NCBI RefSeq assembly: GCF_006345805.1
Contig: NC_042999.1
Location: 161,138,001-161,202,000, forward strand
Source: Octopus sinensis
Lineage: Eukaryota
Length of the DNA: 64,000 bases
Direction: 5' to 3'
Below are positions 26,565 through 40,512 of the stretch, in pieces (the first letter of the stretch is position 1; every line of letters starts with the position of its first letter). The notes under the pieces were generated by a model. It made no database searches, was not told the DNA's origin, and saw nothing but the letters and a program-made list of their open reading frames with translations. The translations under genes were made by a program, and so were the position numbers.

Positions 26565-27150
26565 AACCGTATGACATATTACCAGTCAATGTACGTCTCT
26601 AGCCCAGAAAGAATATAAGAGACGTCATGGAGACGGTATGGACTTGTCAGCGCAAAGAAGTGGTATGAACATAAACCCGAAAGCATCAACGAAAATGATA
26701 ATGAAAAGATCCTATGGGATTTTATGATTCAGTGCGACCATGTGATAGAGAATAGGAAGCCAGGCATAGTCTTAATTGAGAAAGAACGCAAATGATGTTG
26801 GATCATAGATATAGCATGCCCAGCTGACAACATGGTATGCGATAAGGAAGAAAGAAAAGTCAATAAATATAACAGGTTAGCTTGGGAGTTTAAGCAGTTT
26901 TAATCGCTGAAAAGGGTGATAGTAGTACCTATAATTGTCGGAGCCCTGGGAACAGTGAGTAAAAAATCTTGAGAAGTACATGGAACAAATAGGGGCTGAA
27001 ATAAGGGTGGAGCACTTGCAGAAAACAGCATTGCTTGGAACCGCTCGAATACTCCGGATGGTGCCCGAAAAATAAGGGGTGCTACCTTAGTTCCCTGGTA
27101 GTGAACAGCTGACACTGTAATACATCACCAGCGTTAAAAGCTGTGCAAAG
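26565..27150 (+). mobile_element. R4/Dong LINE 3' end
   Basis: KILWDFMIQCDHVIENRKPGIVL, VPIIVGALG; short TAA tail. Confidence 0.85.
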
Positions 27151-27169
27151 GCAATAATAATAATAGTAA

Positions 27170-28630
27170 AATTTTCGACCTATAACCTGTCTATCACTTA
27201 TGTGAAAGATTGTGACCGATATATTGGCGGAAGTGTTATACAACAATCTGGAAAGTAACAATCTACTTCCAGAAGAACAGAAAGGATGCAGGAAATAAAT
27301 TAGGGCAACAAAAGATCGCTCTTAGTTGATAAAATGATAATTAGAAATTGTAGACGCGAATAAACGGGACGGAATGTAGCAAGGATAGAGTAAAAAAAAA
27401 AGCTCATGACATGCTACCACACAGTTGGATAAGTAAAACAATGCACATGTTTGGAATAGCAAAAAAAAACAAAAAAAACATGGAGAGAAAACTTAATGAA
27501 AGTTTGAAACACTGGAGTACCGAATTGATCGGAGGAAAACAAAAACTCGGAAAAAATGAACATCAGATGTAGAATATTCCACGGTAATAGCTTATTTCCA
27601 TTAGTATTCCTATTGGCCATGACACCGCTTACTATGATACTACGAAAAGCTAAAATTGCTTACGATTTGGGAAAAGAAAATGATCAGATAAAAATCATCT
27701 CCTATTCATGGTTTATGCGGAAAAGGAGAAACAACTTGAAAGTCTCGTACATATAATCTGCGTCTTCTCAAATGATGTCGGAATGGAATTTGGGATAGAA
27801 AAGTGCGCTATACTGAAATTGAAACGAGGAAGATTTGAAAGAAGCCAGGGAATTGAAATGCCAAACGGGCAAACAATGAGAAAGGTTGAGAAAGAACAGT
27901 GGAATAAGTACTTGGGAATACTTGGGAAGCAGTCGAAAAAAATGAAGAAATGAAACAAATTACCATTAAGGAATACACAAGAAGAGCAAGAGAATAATTG
28001 CAGTCAAAGCTGAATTCTAAAAATCTTATTGAAGCAATACAGTCAAAACTAGCACCCATGATCACATACGGAGTTGGAATTATAGACTGAACCAAAAACA
28101 ATGTAAAGAAACTTGTCAGAAAAACTACAAAGTTGTTGACGATATATGGAGCCCACCATCGGAAAGCTGATATCAACCGGCTGTACTTGAGAAGAGACCA
28201 GGGTCGAAGAGGCTTGACAGTAGTAGAAGAATGTGTACATGCGGAAAGAAAAAGCCCAGTTGAGTATTTACAGAGCAGCAGAGAAAAACTTCTAAAGACG
28301 GTTAATAAAGAACATGTGATGAAGTACATAATAGAAAAAAGGACAAGAATGCAATAGAAAGAGAACACGTCAGACAGATCGAAGAGAAACCTGCATTTTG
28401 GAGTGCCGCTGAAGACGTATGGGGCACAAAATCTTGGGCTTGGTTAAAAAAAAGTGGGGTTTATTGAAAAAAGAAACAGGGAACCTAATTGTAGCAGCCT
28501 AAGATCAAGCGATAAAAACAAATAACACTAGAAAAAATATATATGGAGAAAATGTGTCAGAAAAATGTAGACCCTGTGGAACAAGGAACGAGACGGTGGC
28601 ACAAATTGTGATAGAATGCCCCAAGCTGGC
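27170..28630 (+). mobile_element. Degraded R4/Dong LINE, RT to zinc-finger region
   Basis: IFHGNSLFPLVFLLAM, SNDVGMEFGIEKCA, ADINRLYLRRDQGRRGL, CRPCGTRNETVAQIVIECP. Confidence 0.85.
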
Positions 28631-28736
28631 ACATCGTATGAATGAATCGGAAAATTTGACCTCAGCAGGATTTGAGGTCTATACAATAAGAGGTATAAAT
28701 AAATATTGCAGATATTTCGTTTGTCGCTTTACTTAC

Positions 28737-28804
28737 TTTGCTATTCCACAGCTTTTTAGATAATTCCAATACATTTTATGATGATTTCTGCCATAAGACC
28801 AAAA
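28737..28804 (-). CDS. Candidate internal exon of the minus-strand gene (FWSYGRNHHKMYWNYLKSCGIA+2 nt)
   Basis: TTACAG acceptor (weak tract, apparently within a SINE tail), perfect GTAAGT donor, only one open frame, phase 0 start matches the preceding exon. Confidence 0.4.
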
Positions 28805-29473
28805 CTGTAATTTTTGAGGGAGGATGGAATCGATTATATCGATCAGGGTACGTGACTGGTATGTATTATATTGACCCCCCAAGAAAACCACAACCAACAT
28901 AGTCAAAATTTTATTTCAGGAACAGGTGGGATTTTAAAAAAATACCACAAAGTATTATTTTCACTGCGACTCTACAGATTGTGCCGTTCATGGCTTTTTA
29001 TAAGAATGATAATTATGTATTACATAAACACAAAGTCACACATTTTAAGAGTGTATAAATAATTAGATCAATCCGGATATACTTAATTAGTATAGATACA
29101 ATAAGGAGGTGGGGAAAGGCAAAATTAACAGTGGAAGGATTTGAACTCAGGACGTAAAGATAAAGAAAGGAGTGTAACTAACTGGACCAAGGTTCTTTGT
29201 CGTTATAGCGATTTTCCTATACACCCATGTTATGAAAATGTAACAAAAATAAAGAAAATAGCAACAACAATAATAATAATGATGCAAATCAAACAGACGA
29301 AACGATTGCTTTGGGAAACAATATTACTTTCATGTTTCAACAATTCCAGAGGAAAAAAAATGTGGACATGACAATAGCCCAACTTGAGTGAATAAACAAC
29401 AAATATGTAAAAGAATAATGCAAAAGACGAAAGTAAAATAATAAAAATAAAGGAAGAAAAAAAAAAGAAAAAC

Positions 29474-29543
29474 CAACTGAATAAAATCTCCGTTTGTTGG
29501 GTATTGAAGCAGCGGTTTATTGCAGCGCTGATATATCACCATT
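29474..29543 (-). CDS. Candidate internal exon (L-MVIYQRCNKPLLQYPTNGDFIQL)
   Basis: Strong acceptor TTTCTCTTCCCTGACAG; phase 2 start completes the CT|A Leu codon from the previous exon; donor GTTTTT is weak. Confidence 0.5.
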
Positions 29544-30025
29544 CTGTCAGGGAAGAGAAATTTTAATGCTAAAGTGTTGAAGTGTTGATTTGCAATCTTG
29601 TTTAAGTACTAGTTAGTTGCCGTGATGGTCAACTTGGGTAAAATTTACACATCTGAAATATGCGTGTTTGTGTGTGTAAGTGTGTAGGTGTGTGTGTAAG
29701 TGTGTGTGTGTGTGTAAGTGCGTGAGTGTGTATGTGAATGCATATTTGTGTATGTGCGTGTGTGTATGTGTGTGTGTGTAATTTAAACAAAAATGAAGAA
29801 AGAGAAATAATTCAGAGTGGCCAATGGCATGTATATGAACATTATAGAAAAATACAGGTATATCAAATATCATAGAACATAAATTCTTGATTTATTAAAA
29901 TTATCTCCGGCTCTAGAGGATTTGCCACAATTACCATCGACAGTTAAGACCGACAAGCTCCCTGTTAGAAGGGGAAGTAATATCAAGAATGAAGTATTCT
30001 CCAAAGGAGAAATGGACATGCTTAC

Positions 30026-30114
30026 AGTCTGAAGATAAAGAGGTAATAATGTACTTGTGTTTCTGCCGCAGTAGGTGTCACCAGCACGAAAATTACTTCC
30101 AGTAGCCAAGGAAT
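30026..30114 (-). CDS. Candidate internal exon (IPWLLEVIFVLVTPTAAETQVHYYLFIFR+2 nt)
   Basis: Acceptor CTCCTCTTTTTCATATGTCTAG, donor GTAAGC, 89 nt, open protein-like frame. Confidence 0.6.
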
Positions 30115-30349
30115 CTAGACATATGAAAAAGAGGAGCAGAACACATTCAGGGTCTAAGTTGCTGGTGTATTTTAAACAAAATAGAGCTAAAAGACATAAC
30201 TCACAGTGACAAGTCGCATGTATTTAAATAGCATAGATAATACAGATATATTAAACATCCCACAAAATAAGTTCGTGATTTATTGAAAATATCTTCACCC
30301 CTAGATGACGTGTTACAACAACCAAATGGCAACTGAAACCGGCTCCAAT

Positions 30350-30990
30350 GATAAGAGTAGATAGTCTCAGATATCGAGAATTATTCGAAGTTTACATGCT
30401 ATGGAAGAGGATGACAGGTTTATTCTCTGGAGAGATGACAGTCGTGGACATGCGTTTCCGCCTCAATAGGCGTTTACATGTCATACATACAAACACTGCC
30501 GCCTTAGTGCGGGTCGGTTCTCCCGACACGCCGCATCATTAAAAGGGGCCTCGATGCGGCCGGCTTCCTGTTACAACTGGTGCCAACAGGTCTTGACCGT
30601 GGGGATGGTAAGTGCCCCGATGGAATAACCATCTTCACATGCGAGGGAGATAAATCCCTAATCTGGGACGCGGCGCACTGTGACACGTTCTCCGCTTCCA
30701 GCTTTGCCGCATCGGCTGCAAACCTGGTCATCGCTGCCTGCAATGCAGAGGAGAGAAAGATAACCAAATACCGGAGTTTGATCGGCTGCTACCTGTTCGT
30801 ACTGGTCGCTGTCAAGCCCTCGGGTGTTCTTGGACCCGCACTGCTGATTTCCTCTGTAAAATCGGGATGATGACACCCCGTCTGAGAATTGAGCGTTGCT
30901 GGCCATTCTCTGCGTCCACGAGGCGCGGCTGAATACACTGCGTTTCGAGCTTACGCATTTCAACAGAAGGGAACAAGAAAAAAATAAACG
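30350..30990 (+). mobile_element. 3' fragment of a CRE-clade (restriction-like endonuclease) non-LTR retrotransposon
   Basis: GKCPDGIT...SLIWDAAHCDTF...AEERKITKY...FVLVAVKPSGVLGP resembles the CRE RLE domain; A-rich end. Confidence 0.7.
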
Positions 30991-31010
30991 GATATATATA
31001 TATATATATA

Positions 31011-31684
31011 TACGAAAGTTCCCAGACTAGTTATGGTTAATAAAAAGAACTTATTTACTTAAGTTTTAATATCATCTTTGAAATAGTTACCTTGCGCAAC
31101 GATACACCGACCCCAGCGTTCCTGCCACTTTTGGAATCCGGCCTAGAAGTCATTCTTCGTAAGCAAGTCGAGGACCTTCTTCGATTCACTCTGGATCACG
31201 ACAACGGTGTTAAAACGACGACCTTTGAGCTGCCTCTTCATCTTGGGGAAGAGATAGAAGTCCGCAGATGCTAAATCTGGAGGATAGAGTGTGTGCAAAA
31301 GCGATACCAAGCTTTCAGGGACGTTCTTCCACTTTTTAAGCCCCTGCGCCACTCGAAACATTGCGTACAACCCATTGCTTCAATGTCGTAAGCTTGCCGA
31401 AGCATGCTCAATGTCTCTGTATCAGACTACCCACGTTTAACGCAAAATTTCACGTTGGCTCTATGTGCCAACTTCTTGTCCATGGCAAAAATCGCAGACT
31501 ACAGCATACCCGTGATCACAAAAACGCAAATTTTACAACTTGCGAAGTAAATACAACGAAACGAGGTTACTTGGTACACTGCTTCATGAAAGACACCGTT
31601 AGCTCTCACTGAGCACGCAACCGTGTGCTGGCATCTGTTGGCGCGCTACAGAACTAGTCCGGGAACTTTTTGATACCATCTGTA
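31011..31684 (-). mobile_element. Internally deleted mariner element
   Basis: YPPDLASADFYLFPKMKRQLKGRRF (YSPDLAP-like motif); inverted termini TAC...AAAGTTCCC(A/G)GACTA at both ends. Confidence 0.88.
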
Positions 31685-31830
31685 TGTATGTATATATATA
31701 TATATATATATATGTACGTATGCATGTATGTATGTATGTATGTATGTATGTATGTATGTATATACACACACATACATATGTATATGTACATACATACACA
31801 TATGCATGTATGTGTGTATGTTTTACATAT

Positions 31831-32132
31831 ATAATTGAAGAAATTGGAGTCAAGAAGAAGGAGTACGGCTGGACATTTATTTTTTATTTGCTACAATTGT
31901 TTCGATGCAACGTAGTTCTCCAAGAAGCCTTAAAGTCGACGATTTTAAACTAACGGAGACAACACTCGTATATCGCCCGAGCAAACACAACTAGATCTCA
32001 TTATGCAAACAAATAGTTGCATAATCAAATACTTGTATTCTTGGAAAACTGCGTTGCCTCGAAACAATTGTAGCGAATGATAAGTAAATGTCCAACCGTA
32101 CTCCTTCTGAACTCCAATTTCTTTAATTTTAT
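31831..32132. mobile_element. MITE-like element with about 95-bp terminal inverted repeats
   Basis: AAGAAATTGGAGT...GGAGTACGG(C/T)TGGACATTT...CAATTGTTTCGA...CCAAGAA at the left end is mirrored at about 32038-32132. Confidence 0.75.
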
Positions 32133-32665
32133 ATTCACACACGATGAATGTCCAAATTTAAACTTGGAAGTATATAATAATATTACCGATAGTACTGGGT
32201 AATTCTGAAGATAACGAGCCTTATACTGTACTTTACCACATTTCTAACGGAATATAACTTAACTATATTTATAGATATACGTCACACCGGCGTACACTCA
32301 CATATGTACACACGTATATATATATCACTATGTATAGGATATCATTAGATACGTCATGATGTTTCAGCATATTTGTTTATGAGGTACACGTATATATGGA
32401 AAATGCATATATGTATGTAATGTATGTATACATACGTGCGTGTATATATGTAAATACATACATGCATATATACGTACAACACACACACACATATATATAT
32501 ATATATGCTTGTGAGTGTGCGTGTGTGTGTAAATACATGCATATAGATATTTCTCCTTTTATCATCCGTTATTCTCATGCGTAAAACACACGCACACGTA
32601 CACACATGCACACAGACACATACATATATACATACATACATACACACATACATGCATACATACAT

Positions 32666-32768
<103 letters not shown>

Positions 32769-32795
32769 ATATATTATATATATATATACATATGC

Positions 32796-32959
<164 letters not shown>

Positions 32960-33131
32960 TATATAATGTCTATCTGTGCGTGCATTTTTCTCTCTGTTCA
33001 TATCCATATATGTGTGTGTGTGTTTGTATATGTATGTATGCATGTATGTACGTATGTATGTGTATGTATAAGCGTATATATCTACTGGTCTCAATTTATG
33101 CACCGTGTCTTTGTCAAGTAGCGTATGTTAC

Positions 33132-33377
33132 CATCGACATGTTAGGAACTGTCAGTGCCAAATCTACGGTAAATAGCCTTTCATCAATTTCGAAAAATAC
33201 TTGGCTAAATTGATGAGATGACGTTTGTTTTGCTGTGGAAACCACAGGCGACGACGGCTTGTTGTTGTAGTTGTTGTTGTTGTTGTTGTTGTCAGTGGTG
33301 GTGGGGGTGCTGCTGGTGGTAAATGTTGTCGGAGAGTGGTTGGTGATATCGATGGTAGTTTGAAAATGAACCAAAAA
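33132..33377 (-). CDS. Candidate internal exon (FLVHFQTTIDIT...poly-T/N linker...FFEIDERLFTVDLALTVPNMSM)
   Basis: Acceptor TTTTTCTTAG, donor ATG|GTAACA, 246 nt (phase 0-0), open throughout. Confidence 0.55.
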
Positions 33378-33730
33378 CTAAGAAAAATTGTACAGGGACA
33401 GTAAGAGGAGATGTGCTACAGTTGGTAATGTGTCAGAGGTCAACACAAGAAAAGAAATGGCCCCCCACGCACTGCCTGCCCCTCACCCACCATAACCACA
33501 GCTACACCTTCTCAGCGCCAAACTTCGAAAAATGCAAAAACACAGATACAATAACAGATACAACAATAACAACAGCAACAATAATGATGATGATGATAAT
33601 GATGATAATGCAATAAATTTTATGTCGAATACATAGATCAATCAGAAAGTTTCTAATGCGACTGAATATATGCGTGTGTGTGTGTGCATACACACACGGA
33701 CACATATACAAACGTTTACAGAAAAATATG

Positions 33731-33782
<52 letters not shown>

Positions 33783-34138
33783 TATATATATAATATATAT
33801 ATATATACATATATATATATTTACAGACACACACATACAAGTGTGTGTGTGAATATAAAAAAATCCTTCAGTGAAATATAAGCAGCAGACGACATTTAGC
33901 ATTTAGCATTTCGCTAAAAAGGAGCAAATGCTATGCAGTTTCTCCCTTGGTAAAGGAATAGTTATAAGCCTTCCTGACCCTAAAGAACAACGCTCACGCC
34001 ATCGGGTCTTTTTTTCGGCGTATTTTATAATCGTTTTTGACCATGCACGAGATTTTGTATTTACAGCATCAATTCCCAGTGGTTTTGCAGGCACGATGAA
34101 CTATGCTTGAATTCAGAAAATAGCAGCGTTAGGCTCAC

Positions 34139-34194
34139 ATCTGAGTAACCGACAGGCTCAGATGGAAGCGCGCGATCAGTTAAACAGTCCCCGT
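34139..34194 (-). CDS. Candidate internal exon (x-GDCLTDRALPSEPVGYSD)
   Basis: Acceptor TTTTTATTTACAG, donor GAT|GTGAGC, 56 nt, phase 1-0. Confidence 0.45.
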
Positions 34195-34256
34195 CTGTAA
34201 ATAAAAATAGAATATCACATATACACACACACAGATTATATATACACGCATACACG

Positions 34257-34287
<31 letters not shown>

Positions 34288-34398
34288 GTATATAATATAT
34301 ATATATATATGTATATATGTATGCATGTATATATATATATATATGAAATATAAAGAATATCAGAATACATATATGTATGTATGTGTGTGTATATATAT

Positions 34399-34456
<58 letters not shown>

Positions 34457-35306
34457 TATATATATATATACACACATAGACATACACACCATATATATAT
34501 ATATACATATATACCTACAACAACACACACACACCCACACAACACAATATATATGATAATATAATATAATATATATATACATACAAACATATATATATAT
34601 ATATACATTTATGTGTGTTTGTGTGTGGGTGTATGGGCGTGGGTGTATACAAATATACATTCGCATAAATAAATGTAGATAAATGTAGAAAGGAAACCGG
34701 TAATGGTGGTGATGAAGAAAAATGGGATAACAGGGACTGGAAATATGATGGATATAGATATAGATGTGTGCCTTGAATATATATTGATATACACACATAC
34801 ATACTCTCATATAAATATGTACCAAACGCATGCACAGACACTCATGCATACATACGCTCATATACAGAAACCTACCTGCCTACATACATACACACATACA
34901 TACATAAATACATACATACACACATACATAAAACCATATAAAAACCATTTGGAACGTAAAATCATAACTATACACACCTTGCATGTGTGTGTGTATATAT
35001 ATATATATATTATAATAATATATATATATATATTATATATATAACATACATACATACATATATATAAACATAAATATTTATATAACTATATATATATGTA
35101 CACATAAATACATACATATGCATGTATGTATGCATGTATATATGTATATGTATGCACACATACGCACATACATATGTCTATGTACGTACATATACATATG
35201 TACATACATACATGCACATGTATATATATGTACATATATATGTATGCATATATATATGTATATGTACATATATATATATGTGGTTATGTACATGCATATA
35301 TATATG

Positions 35307-35342
<36 letters not shown>

Positions 35343-35841
35343 TGTACATACATATATATCTACATGCATGCATACATACACACATACATACATACATACA
35401 TATAACACACGCTCAGACCCACACTCTCATATATACAGATTTATATGTACATTTTAAGTATGCATGCTACGGATCGATGTTATATACATATACACACAGA
35501 TGAACATATATATAAATTGGTATAAATATGCACACACGCACACACACACACACACACACGCACAAGCACGCACACACATACACACACACGCATGCATACA
35601 CGCACATACACAAGCACACACACACACACACACTAATACAGAGTTATTCATGGCGGGGTTTCTCTTTCGTATGCGGTGCCGTTGTCGCTGCGGTGTTAAC
35701 TGAACATGAAAAGCCATGACTAAAAAGATTCAGTATGTTTTATGTCCATTTCAATCTGTGAATGTATATGAGTATATAAAGATATTTATACGATATATAT
35801 ATATATATATATATATACATAGAGAGATAGAGAGAGAGAGA

Positions 35842-36116
<275 letters not shown>

Positions 36117-36125
36117 ATATATATG

Positions 36126-36157
<32 letters not shown>

Positions 36158-36577
36158 TGTATGTATGTATGTATGTATGTATGTATGTATGTATGTATGT
36201 ATGTATGTATGTATGTATGTATGTATGTATGTATGTATGTATGTAGTATGTATGTATGTATGTATGTTGTATGTATGTATGTGTATGTATGTATGTATGT
36301 ATGTATGTATGTATGTGTATGTATGTATGTGTGTGTTGTTTGTGTGTGTGTGTCTATGCTTATTTATATATGCATACATACATACATGCGTGCGTGTAAG
36401 CGCATAAATGCAAAACAAGTATACTTTTATTAAAGCTGTAAAATTTTCACAAACTGTTCCTCAGTGTTTCACGTTCCCATGTTTGTGTGTGTGTGTGTGT
36501 GTGCGTATGTGTGTATATGTGTGTGTGCGTATGTGTGTATATGTATGTGTGCGTGTGTGATGTATGTATGTATTTAA

Positions 36578-36790
36578 ACTGGCACTCCGTCGGTTACGAC
36601 GACGAGGGTTCCAGATGATCCGATCAACGGAACAGTCTGATCGTGACATTAACGTGCCAATGGCTGAGACTCTGCAGATAAGTGAAATCTTAACCTAGTT
36701 CTCACGGAGATTCAGCGTGACACAGAATGTGACAGGGCTGACCCTCTGAAATACAAGTACTACTCATTTTTGCCAGCTGGGTGGATTGGA
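36578..36790 (-). mobile_element. 3' part of SINE family C
   Basis: Reverse complement of CCGTTGATC...GGAACCCTCGTCGTCGTAACCGACGGAGTGCC, shared with 60518-60903. Confidence 0.8.
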
Positions 36791-36829
36791 GCAAGTGCCT
36801 GCTTTATTCAGGGGCACCACCCTTGAACG

Positions 36830-37129
36830 TTTTAATCTTCGAACTATCGAGTACATATTTTATTGCCTTCATGCTTGCCAGATTGCCAGGTTACGGGGAT
36901 GTAAATACATTCTATGACTTGTCATGCTTTGAAAGCCAAGTTGAAAGACATTCTCAGACACAAACGTATTTTTATATATGTACATATGTGTGGTAATGGG
37001 TTTGCTTCCCGACCACGTTATCCCGGGTTCAGTCCCACTGTGTTGCAGCCTGGCCAAGTGTCTTCTTCTATAGCCTCAGGCTGACCAAAGCTGTGTGAGT
37101 GGATTTGGTAGACAGACACTGTGTGTGGT

Positions 37130-37181
<52 letters not shown>

Positions 37182-37260
37182 CCCAACTGCTTGACAACCG
37201 TTCTTGAATTGTATACGTCCCCGTAACATAGCAGTTCGGGTAAAAGAATCGATAGAATAT
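36830..37260. mobile_element. Mixed SINE family B fragments
   Basis: CCCGGGTTCAGTCCCACTG, GAGTGGATTTGGTAGAC, TTGACAACCG motifs. Confidence 0.7.
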
Positions 37261-37397
37261 ATATATATTTCCTCATTCAGAATAATTCATTTGAACCCCT
37301 GTGGTGCCGGAATTTTTATTCCCTAATAAATAAAATAAAATAATCTAATGTAATGGTTTAACTTTATTGTTTAGCTTGAAAGTTTAAACAATTAAGT

Positions 37398-38240
37398 ATG
37401 GCATCACTGAAAGACATACCTATCCCACCAAAAAGAGAACTCAAGATTAAACTGGTTAATAATATAAAGAATTTCATAAATAAAACTTAAATGGAAAGCC
37501 CACTACTATAATAATGAAAATACTATAGACATAAATAATACAGACAATAATAGATTTATTACGAATAAATTTTAACCTAGGAAAGAACCACCGTATAATA
37601 AAGAAATGCAAAACTTGGAAGACAAAATTTGGGAAATAGTAAAAAAATTTAGAATTTTATAAATACCCGAACAGGCATAATAATTATCTTAAAAAGTAAC
37701 TGTCAAAGCTATCAACACCAAGTGGTTCATCAAGAACTTAGCACATAACGGCTATGCGCCATCTGTCGCTAAACGGCTACATCAGCATACTGATAGTGCG
37801 CAATGGTCTATCCCTGAGGAAATTTTTATGTCGAGGAATAATACCACAGATAGCATCGTGGGGTGCACACTAACCAATTGTCCCCCATCGACTACATCAA
37901 AACGTGCTTGAGGGCTTATGTAGTATACGAAGTAGTCTGCAGTAAATGTGGAGCGTCGTACATAAGGAGCACCAGCAGGAAGTTGCACATCCGCCCAAGA
38001 AGATATATGCACACGGACTTCAATAAAGAAATACCTAAAGAAGTGCCAAACCCAGAATTTTGAAATTTCCATCAGGACCACACAACGCAACTGGAGTAAT
38101 CCCAGAATCATGGAGGTTCTCCTTATAAACAAACTAAGACCAGTCATTAACAAGAAGGAACTACAGGGTGCAGACTGTACACCACTCTGCTCATGTCACC
38201 TTCCTCCTTCCTCGCCACACCTCTGAGCAACGACTCTTTC
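37398..38240 (+). mobile_element. Penelope-like element remnant: N-terminal ORF piece joined to the GIY-YIG endonuclease end
   Basis: MASLKDIPIPPKRELKIKLVNNIKNF...WKAHYY; then VVYEVVCSKCGASYIRSTSRKLHIR (GIY-YIG-like). Confidence 0.75.
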
Positions 38241-38320
38241 CAAATGTCCTGCGTCTGTATATATACATACATACATACACATATATACATATATATATAT
38301 AATATATATGTTTATATATT

Positions 38321-38393
<73 letters not shown>

Positions 38394-38464
38394 TATATAT
38401 ATTATATATATACAATTTTATATATGTATGTATATATATATACACATATATATGTATATATATG

Positions 38465-38590
38465 TATATGATCAATAAGTATCCGGACTGTTGCTATAGT
38501 AACGAAGCTAAATCATGCAGTGTAAAACCGCTCGGCAGACATTGTTGTGCATGCGCACTAGGAATTAACGTTCTAGCTCACTTCCGCTGT
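38465..38590 (+). mobile_element. Mariner-type terminal fragment
   Basis: TGATCAATAAGTATCCGGACT resembles mariner inverted-repeat consensus. Confidence 0.45.
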
Positions 38591-38767
38591 TTAAATATAT
38601 AAGCTACACAAGGTTTGACACCACAGAATTCCTTTATTTAAATTCCAGTAAAACTTCAAAAATTTTTCACCGTAAAATCTTATTTACTGAACGCATCATT
38701 TTTCTTATAAAATTCGCCTCAGGAAACGAGTAACGGTTTGCTCTATATGTATGCTGCATGCGTATAA

Positions 38768-38832
<65 letters not shown>

Positions 38833-38947
38833 CATATCTAAGCATAGTTATTGATATGTATCTTTATACATGTATAGAAATACATATATTTATATATACA
38901 TATTTATGCATATAAATATGTGTGTGTATATATATATATATATCAAT

Positions 38948-38981
<34 letters not shown>

Positions 38982-39454
38982 GGGTATACATATAAATACA
39001 TATACATATATGTGCGTACATATATATCTTTAAATATACATACCAACGCACATATATCCATATATGCATTATATATATATATACACACATACATACAGCA
39101 TGTATACAAAGATACGCATGCACACACACATACACACACACGTACACACAGACACACACACAGTGATACATACATACATATGAAACCTTAATGGGCCCAA
39201 GAAACCTGTTGTCGTCTAATAACCTATAAAAGTTCAACGGTCAAGCTGTCTAAAATGACGACTCGGTTCTTCTAACTTGAGAAGTCATCGAGTTCCGCAC
39301 CCGAGAGAGTGTGAGGTCAATCCCACACGTCGTCAACCAATAGCTTTTGTAGAAAATATATTTCGTTCATTTGGCTTTCAAGTTTTCGCCCTCCATTTTT
39401 GTTATCAACTTTCGTAATGTCTTTTGCCATTCTTCTTTGTCTTATCTACCATTA

Positions 39455-39561
<107 letters not shown>

Positions 39562-39562
39562 C

Positions 39563-39598
<36 letters not shown>

Positions 39599-39612
39599 TA
39601 TATAATATATAT

Positions 39613-39653
<41 letters not shown>

Positions 39654-40034
39654 GTATACGTTATCGCTTTTATTGTCTTGTAACAAGCTACATTACCGTC
39701 TCGTTCATCATCATTATCATCACCTTATCATTATCATCATCATCATCATCATCTCTTTACAGTGTTTTTCTTTTATATATATAATATCTTCATCTGTTGC
39801 TTCTCTCCACTTTCTATCTCTGAATTACTCTCCATCTTTGGTTGCCGTGTGTTTTTCTTTTCTTTCGTCTGTTTGTAATATTTTAATTTCTTTATCGATA
39901 TCTTTTTCATCATCATCAGCATCATCATCCTCATCATCATCATCATCATCATCATCATCGTCGTCGTCGTCGTCGTCATCAACGTCACTTGTATCATCAC
40001 CCTTACTGTCAACGTCAAAATAATCTGCGAGGTT

Positions 40035-40065
<31 letters not shown>

Positions 40066-40201
40066 CAGCAGCAGTAGTAGTATGGTGGTGGTGGGCTAGC
40101 AGAACTTGTAGTGTGGCTAACAAAATTTTTATCCAATTTAGTTATTAGTTACGTCAAAGTTCAAATCTTCCTGGGGTTAGCCTTGCCTTTAATCTTTCAG
40201 G

Positions 40202-40370
40202 ACATAAGCGAAGCTAGAGTGTGTGCTGCCCGGAGCGGACCTTCCGTTTTCCGCCCCCAGGCCCCTCAAAAAACACATATTGCCTACAGCAGATCCAAAG
40301 GTCCCACTCCTTTACAAGTACCGCCCGGGGCGGATTGCCCCTACCACCCCTCCCTGTAGCTATGCTAGTG
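40202..40370. mobile_element. Small GC-rich non-autonomous DNA transposon
   Basis: Imperfect terminal inverted repeats (CATAAGCGAAGCTAG / GTAGCTATGCTAGTG) with internal GCCC/GGGCGG repeats. Confidence 0.45.
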
Positions 40371-40512
40371 CTTCAGGAGTTGCTAATATATAGAATTAGT
40401 AAAAAAACTTGTGTCAATTTAGCCGACTAGACCTTCTCCTAAATTTTTTTGCTATTGGTCGACTCCTCACTTAATACGGAGTGGCAGTGCTAATCATTGA
40501 TATGCAAAAATA

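Noticed and set aside
29890-30031. Plus-strand peptide DLLKLSPALEDLPQ...RRGSNIKNEVF
   Set aside because: In-frame stop upstream with no acceptor between; the region is better explained as the intron after the minus-strand exon
30026-30114. Voltage-sensor S3-S4 reading of IPWLLEVIFVLV...YLFIFRL
   Set aside because: The next in-phase exon lacks the R-x-x-R-x-x-R pattern of S4
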